From Octopus bimaculoides (taxonomy: Eukaryota), in NCBI RefSeq assembly GCF_001194135.2, contig NC_068986.1:96700483-96750260 (forward strand): 49,778 nt of DNA, read 5' to 3'. The notes below the pieces were generated by a model. The model ran no database searches. It worked only from the letters and a program-made list of their open reading frames with translations, and was not told where the DNA came from. Both the position numbers and the translations under genes were made by a program. Positions 37,016-49,083 of the stretch are shown piece by piece; within the stretch, counting starts at the first letter, position 1, and each line of letters opens with the position of its first letter.

Positions 37016-37372
37016 GTGAGGTTGTGTGCATAAACATGCATGTTGAAAATTGATTTTATCCAAACAGGGAACATACATTAATTATGTTCCAGAGATGGTG
37101 TTAGACTCTTATAATTTTTCACATGAGTAACGAGCCCTCTGGGAGATAAAAAATATTCTTTCCTGGGTTACGTTGAATAAGGGAGGTAACTCTTTATGAA
37201 GTAATTTTCAGAATTTGATTGTCTCCCTTACATCCATTGGTAAAAAAAATTATCACAATCTCAATTGGCTGTATGAAAGAGAAATACTAGTTCCAAAAAC
37301 AGCACTGTAAGGAAAATTAATGAGCCGCTGCTGCAGTACCTTCCTGGAAGCCCTCATGATACACATCCAGAA

Positions 37373-37610
37373 GAGGTGGTAAATTATCCAACAGATGTTT
37401 CTCAATTCATTGGAGCCTCCAAGACTACTTCTCCACAGATTGGAACTCCAGTAATGTTATTGAAGAATTTGGATCTACTAACATTCTGCAGTGGGACATG
37501 TCTGGTAGTTAAGAAGTTGATGTCACATGTTATTGAGACCACCATTCTCTCTAGATGTGGAAATGGAGAGGATGTTTTCATACCCAGAATTCCTCTCATT
37601 CGATGGATTG
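37373..37610 (+). pseudogene. Helitron Pif1-like helicase fragment
   Basis: VNYPT...IGTPVMLLKNLD...FCSGTCLVVKKLMSHVIETTIL...GEDVFIPRIPLI matches the Helitron helicase segment VNYPTEFLN...GxPIMLLRNL..LCNGTRL...VFIPRIPL. Confidence 0.85.
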
Positions 37611-37639
37611 GAAACTAATTTCAACCAAAATTTGTTGTT

Positions 37640-38400
37640 TTGCCATGAAGGGCTAGAAACAAATACAGTGCTACTTTCCACAACAATCTTGAACAAGGAA
37701 TTGTGGATTGGAGGATTCTTTAAAGTTGCTATCCTCTTGGCAAACAACCAGGTATTTGGTTACAGTTTGGAAAGAGTGAGATCTTGCAAACCATACTATA
37801 CACAAAAGCAGTCTTTGTTGGCTTGATGGCTGTTTATCTTCTCTGGTTGTTGTAGGTAATGTTTCTCATTTGTGTAGTAACTCTAAAAAGACATACCTGG
37901 AAGGACTGTTTTCAGTCTTCCACTTAGCAGTTTCAGAGGTGAAGCATATTTACTACTTTGAATTGTCAACTTGGTGTAACTATGCCAAAATACGAGAGGC
38001 CTGATTAGTAGGATGGTGTCGACTGTATTATCGTTTGATGCAATGGTAGGATTTTGAGATGACCAAGTGGTCTGTTTCGAGTCAGAAATTCTGTTATGTG
38101 AAACTAATTGATCCAGAGCGTTTAGGATGGCAAAATATTTCAATCTCTGTGCAAGGATATTGACTTTTAAGAGAGATGTCCTCAGGACAAGATAAGTTCA
38201 AATAACTGCTGGTAGCTGGGAGACTGCAGGTGAATTTAGAGGAATGGAGAAAATAGAACTTGTGCCTGATATTTTGTTACTAATATTCAAGTGTCAAATT
38301 AGTGGTAGGACAGTAGATTCTTGCTGCAAACACAACTGTTAAGAAAGAAATTGGAGTATGGAGTGGTTTGAACAGCAGATATAAATTAGAGAGATATGTG
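37640..38400 (+). pseudogene. Possible highly decayed LINE reverse-transcriptase remnant
   Basis: Faint collinear echoes of RT motifs across frames (TILNKELWIGG..KVAILL, VFHLAVS..H, CPQDKIS for VPQGSxL). Confidence 0.3.
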
Positions 38401-38899
38401 TCTCAAAGAGAAACAGTAAGTAATGTGAGTATGGTAAACGGATTGAAATCTAAAGATATTGGTGTAGAAAACACAAACCTGTGAAATGACATTACAATTT
38501 TAATTTCATACAAGTTCTGTGAGTTTGGAAATACATTCTAAAATTGCTGCTTAGATAAGAGGAGAATTTTTTCTTTCTTTGTAGTAGACTTCATTCAACA
38601 CCTTCATGGTTAGGATATGTTGGAGGAGAGATCATGGACAGGCACAAAGTACTTTCTGTTTAAAATGCCGGAGAACGTATGAATTAAGTTAACCATCATA
38701 AAATTGCTGTCTTTCAAAGAAACTTATAAGTTGCAATGGAATCTCAAGCTGACAGGCAGAGAAGGACTATATTTGCAACAGATGCATACGAGTACCCATG
38801 ACATGCAATTGTTCAACTGTCCAGAAGGTAACTTAGTCAACAACAGCCCAAAGTATAATGGAAGCATAGGAGGTAGAGTAATAATGGAATGGGAAAATT

Positions 38900-39290
38900 T
38901 CAGTTAGCTATTATCTTTGTTGGCAACAAAATGTTTTTCTCTCTGAGTGGAGAACATTGTATAACACTATGTATGAAGTGTGCTATTGCATGATCATGAA
39001 ACATGAACACTGAATACATAGGGTATGAGAAGACAGAGAAGTGAGGTGAGTAACCTCCCTTAGATGTGTGGTGTTAGTGCAAATAAACAATGGTGTACAA
39101 GTGAGCTGAAAAATAAAATAAAATGGGTAACAGATTTTAGCTGTAATGTAGAAGAGAGAAGAATGTTATGTATATGAAGGGTGAAAAGTGAAGCAAGCCA
39201 AGTGGAAGAGGAAGAAATGGCAAAGGCTACACCAAGATGCTGCAAATGTCACAGCAGTAAATGAGAAAAATCAGATGTGTTGGAAAAAAA
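38900..39290 (+). mobile_element. Old RTE-like LINE ORF2 fragment
   Basis: tgttggcaacaaaatgttt..ctctctgagtg...gtgctattgcatgatcatgaaacatg parallels LLATKGxSLRVK...VLLHGSETW. Confidence 0.55.
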
Positions 39291-39869
39291 TATCTTGTGG
39301 TATTTGGTGCATCCATTTACGTATTGAGTTAAAAACTCATCTAAAGTGACTGTCTTTATTCTTCTATAATTAATAAAACAAATACCTGTCAAAAACTGAC
39401 AATGATCTCTCTCAAATTTGTGGCTCTGTGACTAAGATGTGCAAATATTGTGAATAATATATTCTTTTTTAATTTAAATAAAATAGAGAAAACATTTTGC
39501 TGTAAAAATGATTTTTAATTTCATCTCTTTATAAAATATAATTTTAGAATGAAAATATACTTTGATAAATGTGGTTTGAAATGCATAATATACAAATACA
39601 CAAGCAGAATGAATGGATCAAGTGTTTGGAGATAAGCATGTTTACATAGTCCAAGAGTTTCAGCTGGTGTTTTAATAATAACAGCAGTTTTATATCATCA
39701 TTGTTTTAGCATCTACTTTTCTACGCTTGCATGGATCAAACAGAATTTGCTGAGGCAGGCTTTCAACAGCCAGATGATAGGAAACAAAGGACATGGATTC
39801 TTTGACAGTGACATTTGTTTACAACTATCACATGATGTCAAGACAAGGAGACACAAACATATGCACACA

Positions 39870-40135
39870 CAAATACACAAACATACATATATATATGTGT
39901 GTATGTATGTATACACACACACAAACGTCTTTCAAATCTACTCACCATACATATACACACACACGTCTTTCAAATCTACTCACCATACATATACACACAC
40001 ACACATCTGTCTATCAAATCTACTCACAAGGCTTTGGTCAATCTGAGGCTATACTAAAAGACACCTGTCCAAGGTATCATGTGGAGGAACTGAACACAAA
40101 ACTATGTGGTTGAGAAGTGAACTTCTTACAACACA
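39870..40135 (-). mobile_element. SINE family B with internal ~40-bp tandem triplication; another copy at ~40500-40745
   Basis: tcaaatctactcac occurs three times, then aaggctttggtc...gacacctgtccaaggt...tatgtggttgag. Confidence 0.7.
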
Positions 40136-40522
40136 GAAGTATGCCTGTGCCTCACTATATAGAAATAAACCTAGACATACAAACTCCACTTGGTTGAAAT
40201 ATGTCTATTGTGATGTTCCAATATTTTCAATATATTATTTCTCCAGTGGCTATATTTAGAAATGAGAAAATAAAACCTGCAACTATACAGACTCACATAC
40301 ATATTATCATTTAATATCCCATGCTTGCATGGGTTGGATGGAGTTTGTTTTCCACAGCAGGATGTTCTTCCTGTCACCAACCCTTACCGGTTTCCAAGTG
40401 AGGTAATATTTCCCATTACCAGACATTACTTTCACAGACGGTTGGAAATGAACGACACCACTTACATGATGGTGATATTCATTTACAACTACTACATGAA
40501 GTGAAGGCAAGAAGACAGTAAC

Positions 40523-40565
<43 letters not shown>

Positions 40566-40578
40566 CACNNNNNNNNNN

Positions 40579-40610
<32 letters not shown>

Positions 40611-41100
40611 ACAGGCTTCATTGTTTCTATCAAATTCATTCACAAAGCTTTGGTCAGAGAGGGCCTATAGTAGGTACTTGACCAAAGTATCATGCAGTGG
40701 GACTGAAACAGAGACCATGTGGTTGGGAAACAAACGTCTTATCGCAGTGTCAAGCCTGCATATACAAATATGCATCATATATCAATATACATTCACACAC
40801 ACAGAGAAAAGGATTTAAACAATTTAACAATGATGAAAAATAGTACATAACATATTTGTTTTATTGTTACAACTGGTTGATTGTAACAACAAAAAATACT
40901 ACAACTGTCATAGAATTTTTTCCTAATTTAAATATTTTTATGTGTCTCTGTCATTTTTAGAAACAATAATCTTTGAATATAAAAATATATTAGAAGAAAT
41001 AATTTTGAGAAAATACCTGAAAAAATGCCAGTTTCATTTGTCTTCAGTCCAAAATAAATTGGATATTGAGGGATAATATCACAAACTTCATATTAGATTA

Positions 41101-42198
41101 TCACTCTCCTATGTGAACACGATAATGAGATAATAAATTTCTGTTTCTTGAAAACCCTTTCTCACAAATATCACATTGGAATGATTTTTTACCAGAATGA
41201 ATATGGCTATGCCCTGACAAACTGCTGCTACTGGAAAATGATTTACCACAGATTTCACAGTGGTAGGGCTTTTCACCAGTATGGATACGTCTATGATCTG
41301 TTAATGCACTATTTCGAGGAAATGCTTTCCCACAAAATTCACAGCTATATGGTTTTTCTCCAGAGTGAACACGTTTATGATCTGATAAGCCACTACTGCA
41401 GGAAAACCCTTTCCCACAGGTTTGACATTTGTATGGTTTTTCTCCTGTATGGGTATGTTTGTGAACTTTTAATTGACTATCCCAAGCAAATGTTTGCCCA
41501 CAAATTTCACAATGGTATGGTTTTTCACCAGTGTGAACACGCTTATGAACTGATAATTTGGTGTTTCGCAAAAATGCTTTCCCACAGATTTCACATGTAT
41601 ATGGTTTCTCCCCAGTGTGAACACGTATGTGATAAATTAATTCACTGTTACGAGAAAACTTTCTATCACAAATTTGGCAGCTGAATCGTTTTTCTTTGTG
41701 AAGACGTTTATGACATGATAAGGTGCTGCTGGAAGATAATGTTTTCCCACAGACCCCACACTGATAAGGTTTTTCTCCTGTGTGACTATAAGTATGATTT
41801 GTTAATGCACTCTTCTGAGAAAATGCTTTCCCACAAATTTCACACTGGTATGGTTTTTCTCCAGTGTGAACGCGTTTATGATCAGATAATTTATTGTTAC
41901 GTGAAAATGCTTTCCCACAGATATCGCACTCATACGGTTTCTCTCTTGTGTGAACACGTATATGATAAATTAGTTCACTGTTACGAGAAAATGATTTCCT
42001 ACAAATTTCACAGTGGTGTACCTTTTCTTTATGAATACGTTTATGATGAGATAAGTAACTGTTACAAGAAAAAGCTTTCCCACAAATATCACAGGGGTAA
42101 GGTTTTTCACCAGTGTGAATACGAACATGAATTGTTAAGTGATCTTCATGGGTGAATATTTTCCCACAAACATCACATATATGAGGTTTCTCCTCCAT
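41101..42198 (-). CDS. C2H2 zinc-finger protein ZNF-4 (13 fingers, 365 aa from first ATG)
   Basis: Intact ORF with 13 C2H2 units. The track start at 42213 is TTG directly after TGA; the first ATG is at 42198. Acceptor ttttatttaatttcag ends at 42755. Confidence 0.93.
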   Translation of the reverse strand: MEEKPHICDVCGKIFTHEDHLTIHVRIHTGEKPYPCDICGKAFSCNSYLSHHKRIHKEKVHHCEICRKSFSRNSELIYHIRVHTREKPYECDICGKAFSRNNKLSDHKRVHTGEKPYQCEICGKAFSQKSALTNHTYSHTGEKPYQCGVCGKTLSSSSTLSCHKRLHKEKRFSCQICDRKFSRNSELIYHIRVHTGEKPYTCEICGKAFLRNTKLSVHKRVHTGEKPYHCEICGQTFAWDSQLKVHKHTHTGEKPYKCQTCGKGFSCSSGLSDHKRVHSGEKPYSCEFCGKAFPRNSALTDHRRIHTGEKPYHCEICGKSFSSSSSLSGHSHIHSGKKSFQCDICEKGFSRNRNLLSHYRVHIGE

Positions 42199-42320
42199 TT
42201 TTATATATTCCAATCAATAATGTTTTTATTTTTTCCTATGAACACTTTTCTTATAAAACAAATCTCTTGCCAAATAAAAATTACTTCAATAAACTTAACA
42301 GTAGAATTTATTTTCTATAG

Positions 42321-42525
42321 ATGTTGTTCAGCTCCAAGTCAACCCTGATTGAGCAAGCAGTCCCATAACCAAATGGCTGAGCCATAACCCTTCCATCTTT
42401 TCTTGGACTATATTGTCCAGTGTGTCCTTATATATACAGGACTATATTGTCCAACGTGTCCTTTGTTTGGGGTTTTTTAAGATGACATGGTATGATGATA
42501 TGCAGTAGAATTGACTGCTATTTCT
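42321..42525. repeat. Family D repeat inside the predicted 5' UTR of ZNF-4
   Basis: tgttgttcagctccaagtcaaccctgattgagcaag...actatattgtccagtgtgtcctt...gactgctatttct. Confidence 0.65.
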
Positions 42526-43571
42526 GAATTAGATGTAGAATTTGGAACATATTTCCAGAAATGTCCCATTGATCAAATGTTTGTTTCAATGAAGTAATGT
42601 TTGTCAATTCAAGACATGTTTGTGATATAAAGACTTTTCCCTAATATTAATCATAACATTGTTACTCTCAGGTAACTGAACTAAATATCACACACTGGTT
42701 ATTTTAGCTAATAATGGTGATATCTGGTAGAATTCCACTTTTCACAACACAGACCTGAAATTAAATAAAATAATTCTTAGTAAATAACAATGGGGTGTAG
42801 ATTAGCAAAGCAGTTATGTGGTACATGCAATATATTTAAGTTCACAGATATGTGTTTGTGATGTAGCCTCGCATGATTTGAGTACATAGAGTCTTTATTA
42901 GACTATTGGCTGCACCGGTGTAACAAGTCAGGGAGTGAGGCTTGCAAAAGATAAACGGGCAACTGCTAGTCTTTCTAAAAAAAAAAAATCTTGCTCAGGC
43001 CTGCACATATATCTGCAGATGCATGATCAACATTGAGCAAAGAAAGAAGGCCCTCACACATCCTACAAGACTAATGCCTCACGTAACATGTTTCTTCTCA
43101 ACGTTTTTCACAATAAAGCTTATCAGAGCAATATAGCTGACATTACAAACTATATTATCTTCAAAATTTTGGCAGTTTCTTGTGGAAAATAGGGTACTGT
43201 TGTCATTATTTTTTAGTCACAACCCAGCTGAGATTGAGCAAGTCTACGATATAATGACCAAGGCATACAAACTGGCTGCTGTATTTTTTTCTTCTTCTGT
43301 TTTTGAGATGATAAAGTGTAATGTGAGGGAGATTTGGCTGCTATTTCTAACAGACAAAGCAACCACTTTGCAGCTCCTTCACTGACTTGGATAATCTTAA
43401 TTTTAATGATTAATGAAAAAGTTTTGCAAATGAAAATTCATGGATAATGTAAAGGGTGTGTAAGATATTGGAGGACAGATTCATGTTTATAAAAAACAGA
43501 TAAACAATAATACATAATTTTATTATCAAAAATTGTTGTGAGGATAAGAATAAACCTTCTTTTCTATAATG

Positions 43572-44516
43572 TTATTCAATAAAGCCATCTTCAGCTTCAA
43601 CTACTGCTTCTATATGAGATCTAAATCATCTCCATGCTCGAATCAAGTGGTCCTGCTTCATTTTGGACATTACTGACTATGGCAGCTTTCAAAGAATCTT
43701 CGGTGTTATGGGCGTGTTCATTGACCTCTCTCTCATCAACGCCCTGCATGTAATAGTCCAATGGATTGAGATCTGGGGAGTTGGGAGGTTAAATAACCCT
43801 TAATATTTGGGGTTATGCAATCATGAAAATTTCCAGCCATCCATTCCTGTATTACTAGAGCCATGTGTGATAGTACAGAGTCTTACTGAAACACATATGG
43901 CCTTCCATTGCATACACTGTCTATCCAGGGCCTCAATATAGGTGGCAGTGTTAATTCTAAGGCCTTGTGGAAAGAAGTAAGGAGGCATCACATGTCTTTT
44001 ATTGCTGACAACCCTTAAAACCATGACAGTTGCAGGAAATTTTGTATGCATAACACTTGGAACTTTAGAGGTGTCCGCACATAACCATCTGTCATTTCTT
44101 CTGTTAACTTTTTGATCTTGCTCAAAGTTTTTCTCATTTGAGAAAAACCAAATCAAATCATTTTTCTGACAAAATGACCTTTCCTCATCATATAAGACAT
44201 ATCTGACTGTTCCTTCTGACACATGGAGATCTTTTGCAATTGACCTCATGGACTTTCTGGGATTGTAATCAATGGTCTGTTGAACTTGCTGGATAAATTC
44301 AGGTATTCTGATGATCTCAGAGTGTTTAGAATACTTTTTATGCTTTGATACTGGTGATATGTTTCCATCTTCAGTCTCTAGCGCCTTACAAACCTTTCAG
44401 ACAAAAGATCTGGCAACTTTTAAAACTTGAAATATTTCTAAATCGCTATGCTCAGCCTTTATAACCACAATAACAGCATGCCTCTTCATTTCTTGAGTAA
44501 GCTGAAGGTCTGCCAT
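43572..44516 (-). pseudogene. Mariner-type (DDxD, maT-like) transposase pseudogene
   Basis: MADLQLTQEMKRHAVIV...SMRSIAKDLHVS...FFSNEKNF...FQ*DS...PPNSPDLNPLDY...IEAVVEAEDGFIE*, with stops, frameshifts and an internal deletion. Confidence 0.88.
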
Positions 44517-44534
44517 TATTATTTTCTGAAACAA

Positions 44535-44839
44535 TTTATTGAGCAAAAACACCTAAAGCTCCATGAGGCTCCAGCAGGGGATGGTGGCGAACCCTGCTCT
44601 ACTTTCACCACAACTTTCTCTCACTCTTACTTCCTGTTTCTGTTGTGACTGTAATTCAAAGGGTCAGCCTTGTCACACTGTGTCATGCTGAATATCCCAG
44701 AGAACTACGTTAAGGGTACACGTGTCTGTGGAGTGCTCAGCCACTTGCACGTTAATTTCACTAGCAGGCTGTTCCGTTGATCGGATCAACTGGAACCCTC
44801 GACGTCGTAAGCGACGGAGTGCCAACAACAACAACAACA
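44535..44839 (+). mobile_element. SINE family A, 5'-truncated, (CAA)n tail
   Basis: Reverse complement of the 13051-13391 body; ends ggagtgccaacaacaacaacaac. Confidence 0.9.
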
Positions 44840-45635
44840 TAATATCACTAAACGCCTACTTCGCTCCTATGTTGTTTGAGTAAATTTACAATCAAAAGGT
44901 TTCCAACCATGACTACCTAGCCCTTTCTTAATTATATCTAGTATTATATTATGCGGGCTTCGTTTTTTAAGTCGGAAGAAGGTAAGCTGATGGAGATTTG
45001 TCTGCTATTTCTAGCAAGCTGAGCAACCAGACAGAAGGACGTTGGCCTGAGCATGTCTTGAATGGGAGGCGTGTAAAATATTCATTTCAAATTTCGGTAG
45101 AAGGCCAGCAATTGCGAGGGAGGGGTGGATAAGTCTATTACATCAACCCCAGTGTTCAACTGGTACTTATTTTATCTTTCCGCAAAAGATGAAAGGCAAA
45201 GTCGATCTTGGTGGAATTAGAACGCAGAATGTGCAGAGAACGAGTAAAATATTAACAGCTGGATGAGGAAGTATATAGATAAAACGAAAGCATAAACATG
45301 TGAAATCTTATTTTCATATCATCTTCCCATAAATTGAAGCCGAAAGAAAGAAGGGACCACCAATGTTACCGTATGACCTACTAGAAACAGCAGTCAAATG
45401 TGCTTTAACTTAAACTCCGGTGTCTTGAAAAGAGGGACACGCTAGAGTACTAGAATAATTATACTTGAAACACCTTTGATCACGGGTTCGATCAGTCAGG
45501 AACCAATATGGGAGTGAACAAAAACAAACCGAAGGTTTTGTGATAAACCAACTACCGAATCCTACTTTACACGCGCATATAACGGTAACATACTAGACCC
45601 TGTCGTACGTTTGAAAGAAAAGCTAGTCCCCCGCC

Positions 45636-45670
<35 letters not shown>

Positions 45671-46199
45671 AGAGTATTGTAGTTCGCTTGAAGCATTGTG
45701 TATTGTTTGTAAAGAATAAAAAGGTTAGAATGGTACAACAATGCACTATAGAACAAAAAATGGACTATATACCTGTTGTAATTGGTTATCTATAGTCCGA
45801 TGATATTTCGGAATTACAATTCCTTCTTCAGATCTTCTTATATATATATAAACACGTTCATTTTTCAGTCAAAAGCATATAAAAAAATTATCTTTGATTA
45901 TATATGTATATAGTTATATATATATAAAGGTCAATTAATTTGTTGTAAACTTTTCATAACCCGTAATTTTTCATCATTTGTCATGACATAATTCAGTGAC
46001 AATAAGAATACATAGTAAATATGAGTCATTAATTAAAATAGTTATTTTTCGTTCGTTGACTCCCTATGCTTTTAACCTTTCAACTCGTTGAAAATAAACA
46101 AGTTATTCCTCAACACAATGCTCTCGTCCCTCTTGTCTGCTTTCTCTTGGATTTCCTTAAGCAATATAATTAAATAGGGCAGGATAGTTCACATCTTTA

Positions 46200-46323
46200 C
46201 CTTCTTTAAAAGTCCCTTATCAACTGTTACTATCCAATATTTAAATATCCAATACTGGAGTTAAGCAAGAAACCTAAACAGAAAACTAAATACACCAGAC
46301 TATGGCGACGGCGAACAGGAAGT
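46200..46323 (-). promoter_or_regulatory. Candidate promoter/first exon of ZNF-4
   Basis: Donor AAG|GTAAAG at 46200, ETS-like CAGGAAGT at 46316-46323, YY1-like ATGGCG at 46302-46307. Confidence 0.35.
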
Positions 46324-47200
46324 ACAGACTAAACTAATCTATGAAATATTAGTAAACAGACAAATGTTGAATTTACTTTTCTTTCTTCAACTTTTTCTAC
46401 TTCCTTTTAATTTGTGTCTCTTAATACTTCGTTGTTTTTAAAAATCATTCAAATAACAGGGGNNNNNNNNNNNNNNNNNNNNNNNNNNNNNNNNNNNNNN
46501 NNNNNNNNNNNNNNNNNNNNNNNNNNNNNNNNNNNNNNNNNNNNNNNNNNNNNNNNNNNNNNACACACACACACACACACACAAAAACAAATACACACAC
46601 AGACACACACACACACAAAACACACACACAACAAACACACTCACACACAGCGATATATATACACACACATGCAGACATCGATATACACATCTATCATTTT
46701 ATCCTGACCACTAGCTAACACACCTTCTCTCTCTTCACTTGTTTATTGTCTCTCCCCCTCACACTCTTATTTTTCTCTTCTTGTTTTTGATTTGACCTTA
46801 CAAATATATTCCCAATTTTTAAGTCACTCCAAAAAAAAAAAAAACCCTCGATCAAATAACACCGTTTACAAGACTCTATGCTTGGAACGATCAAATATAA
46901 ACACCATTGGAACTCACACAAGGCACAGGAAACTTATATATATACACCATTCTGTTTAAATAATGGAACTGCAAATGCAATATTCTTACGTATCTCAATT
47001 CAATTTTCATTCCTTCACATCCCCCCGTATTTCATATCTTCTCTACAATAATTATTACTTCAACATTTTCTTGCACCGTCTCTGATGAAGGGATATATAA
47101 AATATCCCGGAAACAGTTGTAAGACCTTCTCTTTATAAATGTTCTGAAAACTATTCACAGCCTTTGATTTTTTATTGCATTCTGTTAATTATGTATGTAT

Positions 47201-49009
47201 GTCATCATCGTCATCGTTTAACGTCCGCTTTCCATGCTAGCATGGGTTGGACAATTTGATTGAAGACTGGTGAACCAGATGGTTGCACCAGGCTCCAATC
47301 TGATCTGACAGAGTTTCTACAGCACGAGGACCAGTCAGGCGGTACTGGCAATGGCCACGCTCAAATGGTGCTTTTTACGTGCCACCTGCACAGGAGTCAG
47401 TCCAGCGGCACTTGCAATGACCTCGCTCGAATGTTTTGTTCATGTGCCAAGGTGACGCTGGTAACGATCACGCTCCAATGGTGCTTTCTACGTGCCACCG
47501 GCATGGAAGCCAGACAGCTGCTCTGGCAATGATCCCGCTTGGATGGTGCTGTTAGCGCTCCACTGGCACGAGTGCCAGTCATTGAATTTGGTTCAATTTC
47601 GATTTCGATTTCACTTGCCCCAACAGGTCTTCGCAAGCAGAATTTAGTGTCGAATGAAGGAAGGTTGGCATAAGTGCCAGTCGTTGAATTTGGTTCGATT
47701 TCAATTTCACTTGCCTCAGGAGGTCTTCGCAAGCAGAGTTTAGTGTCCAAAGAAGGAAAGGTTTGCATAAGTGGGCTGGCTACACTCCTGGTAAAGACCA
47801 CGGGTTATGGTCTCACTTGTTTTGCCGGGTCGTCTCATGAACAGCATATTTCCAAAGGTCTCGTCACTAGTCATTGCCTCGGTGAGGCCTAAAGTTCGAA
47901 GGTCGTGCATCACCACCTCATCCCAGGTCTTCCTGGGTCTACCTCTTTCACAGGTTCCCTCAACTGCTAGGGTGTGGCACTTTTTTACACAGCTATCCTC
48001 ATCCATTCTCGCTAAATGACCATACCAGCGCAATCGTCTGTCTTGCACACCACAACTGATGTTTCTTAGGTCCAACTTTTCTCTCAAAGTACTTACACTC
48101 TGTTGAGTATGCACACTGACATTACACATCCATCGGAGCATACTGGCTTCATTCCTTGTGAGCTTACGCATGTCCTCAGCAGTCACGGTCCATGTTTCAC
48201 TGCCATGTAGCATGGCTGTTCGTACACATGCGTCATACAGGCTGCCTTTTACTCTGAGTGAGAGGCCCTTTGTCACCAGCAGAGGTAAGAGCTCTGTGAA
48301 CTTTGCCCAGACTATTCTCATTCTAGCAGCTACACTTTCAGCGCACCCTTCCCTACTACTGACTTGGTCACCTTGGTAATGGAAGCTATCAACTACTTCT
48401 CGTTTTTCTCCCTGGAATGTGGCAGAGGTTGTTCTTTGCACATCTTCAGTGTTTATTGCTCCTGAGCATCTGCCACATCCAAAAACTATCTTGCTAGTTA
48501 GCCTTCCTTTGATATTGCTGCACCTCTTATGTGTCCATAGCTTACACTGGGTACATCTTATAAAGTTTCTACCTACGCCTTTTCTACAGATCGAGCAGGG
48601 CCATCTACCTGAAGGGGTTTGTGGTTTGTCTACCTTCCTATTTATTAGGACTGTGGTTTTAACTAGGTTGACTCTAAGGCCTTTCGATTCTAGTCCTTGC
48701 TTCCACACCTGAAACTTCTCCTCTAGTTCTGATAGTGACTCAGCAATTAGAGCAAGGTCATCAGCATAGAGGAGCTCCCAGGGGAATCCGTCTTGAATTC
48801 TTGTGTTATTGCATGGAGAACTATGATAAATAGGAGGGAGCTGAAGACTGAAACTTGGGGGACTTCTACCTCTACCTGGAATTCTTCACTGTACTCGTTG
48901 CCAACCCTCAGCTTACTGACAGCGTCCCTTTACATGGCTCGCACAGCTCTCACTAACCATTCATCTATCTCTAGTTTCCTCATTGACCACCAGATAAGGG
49001 ATCGGGGGA
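47201..49009 (-). mobile_element. RTE-like non-LTR retrotransposon, 5'-truncated (RT C-half, PHD insert, thumb, ~540-nt 3' UTR, (GAT)n tail)
   Basis: PWELLYADD at ~48757-48783 is in frame with ORF 47740-48708; a 1-nt frameshift lies near 48790. The terminus is identical to the dispersed short copies. Confidence 0.93.
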
Positions 49010-49083
49010 CCAACGTTTTCTTTGAAACATATGTTGGAAGTATAAAGATTCGAGTAACACCTGCATTTAACTCCATTTATATA

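Noticed and set aside
37523-38143. Penelope-like element on the minus strand
   Set aside because: Resemblance was too weak, and no GIY-YIG or RT motif could be read; the plus-strand RT reading fits slightly better.
39926-40035. CRISPR-like array (tcaaatctactcac three times)
   Set aside because: The spacers are near-identical CA-rich sequence; this is a local tandem duplication inside a eukaryotic SINE.
41148-42155. Long antisense ORFs over ZNF-4 (178 and 146 aa), and similar ones over ZNF-1 and ZNF-2
   Set aside because: They are 28-residue periodic shadows of the finger repeat (HKFHTGMVF), expected opposite C2H2 arrays; no independent signal.
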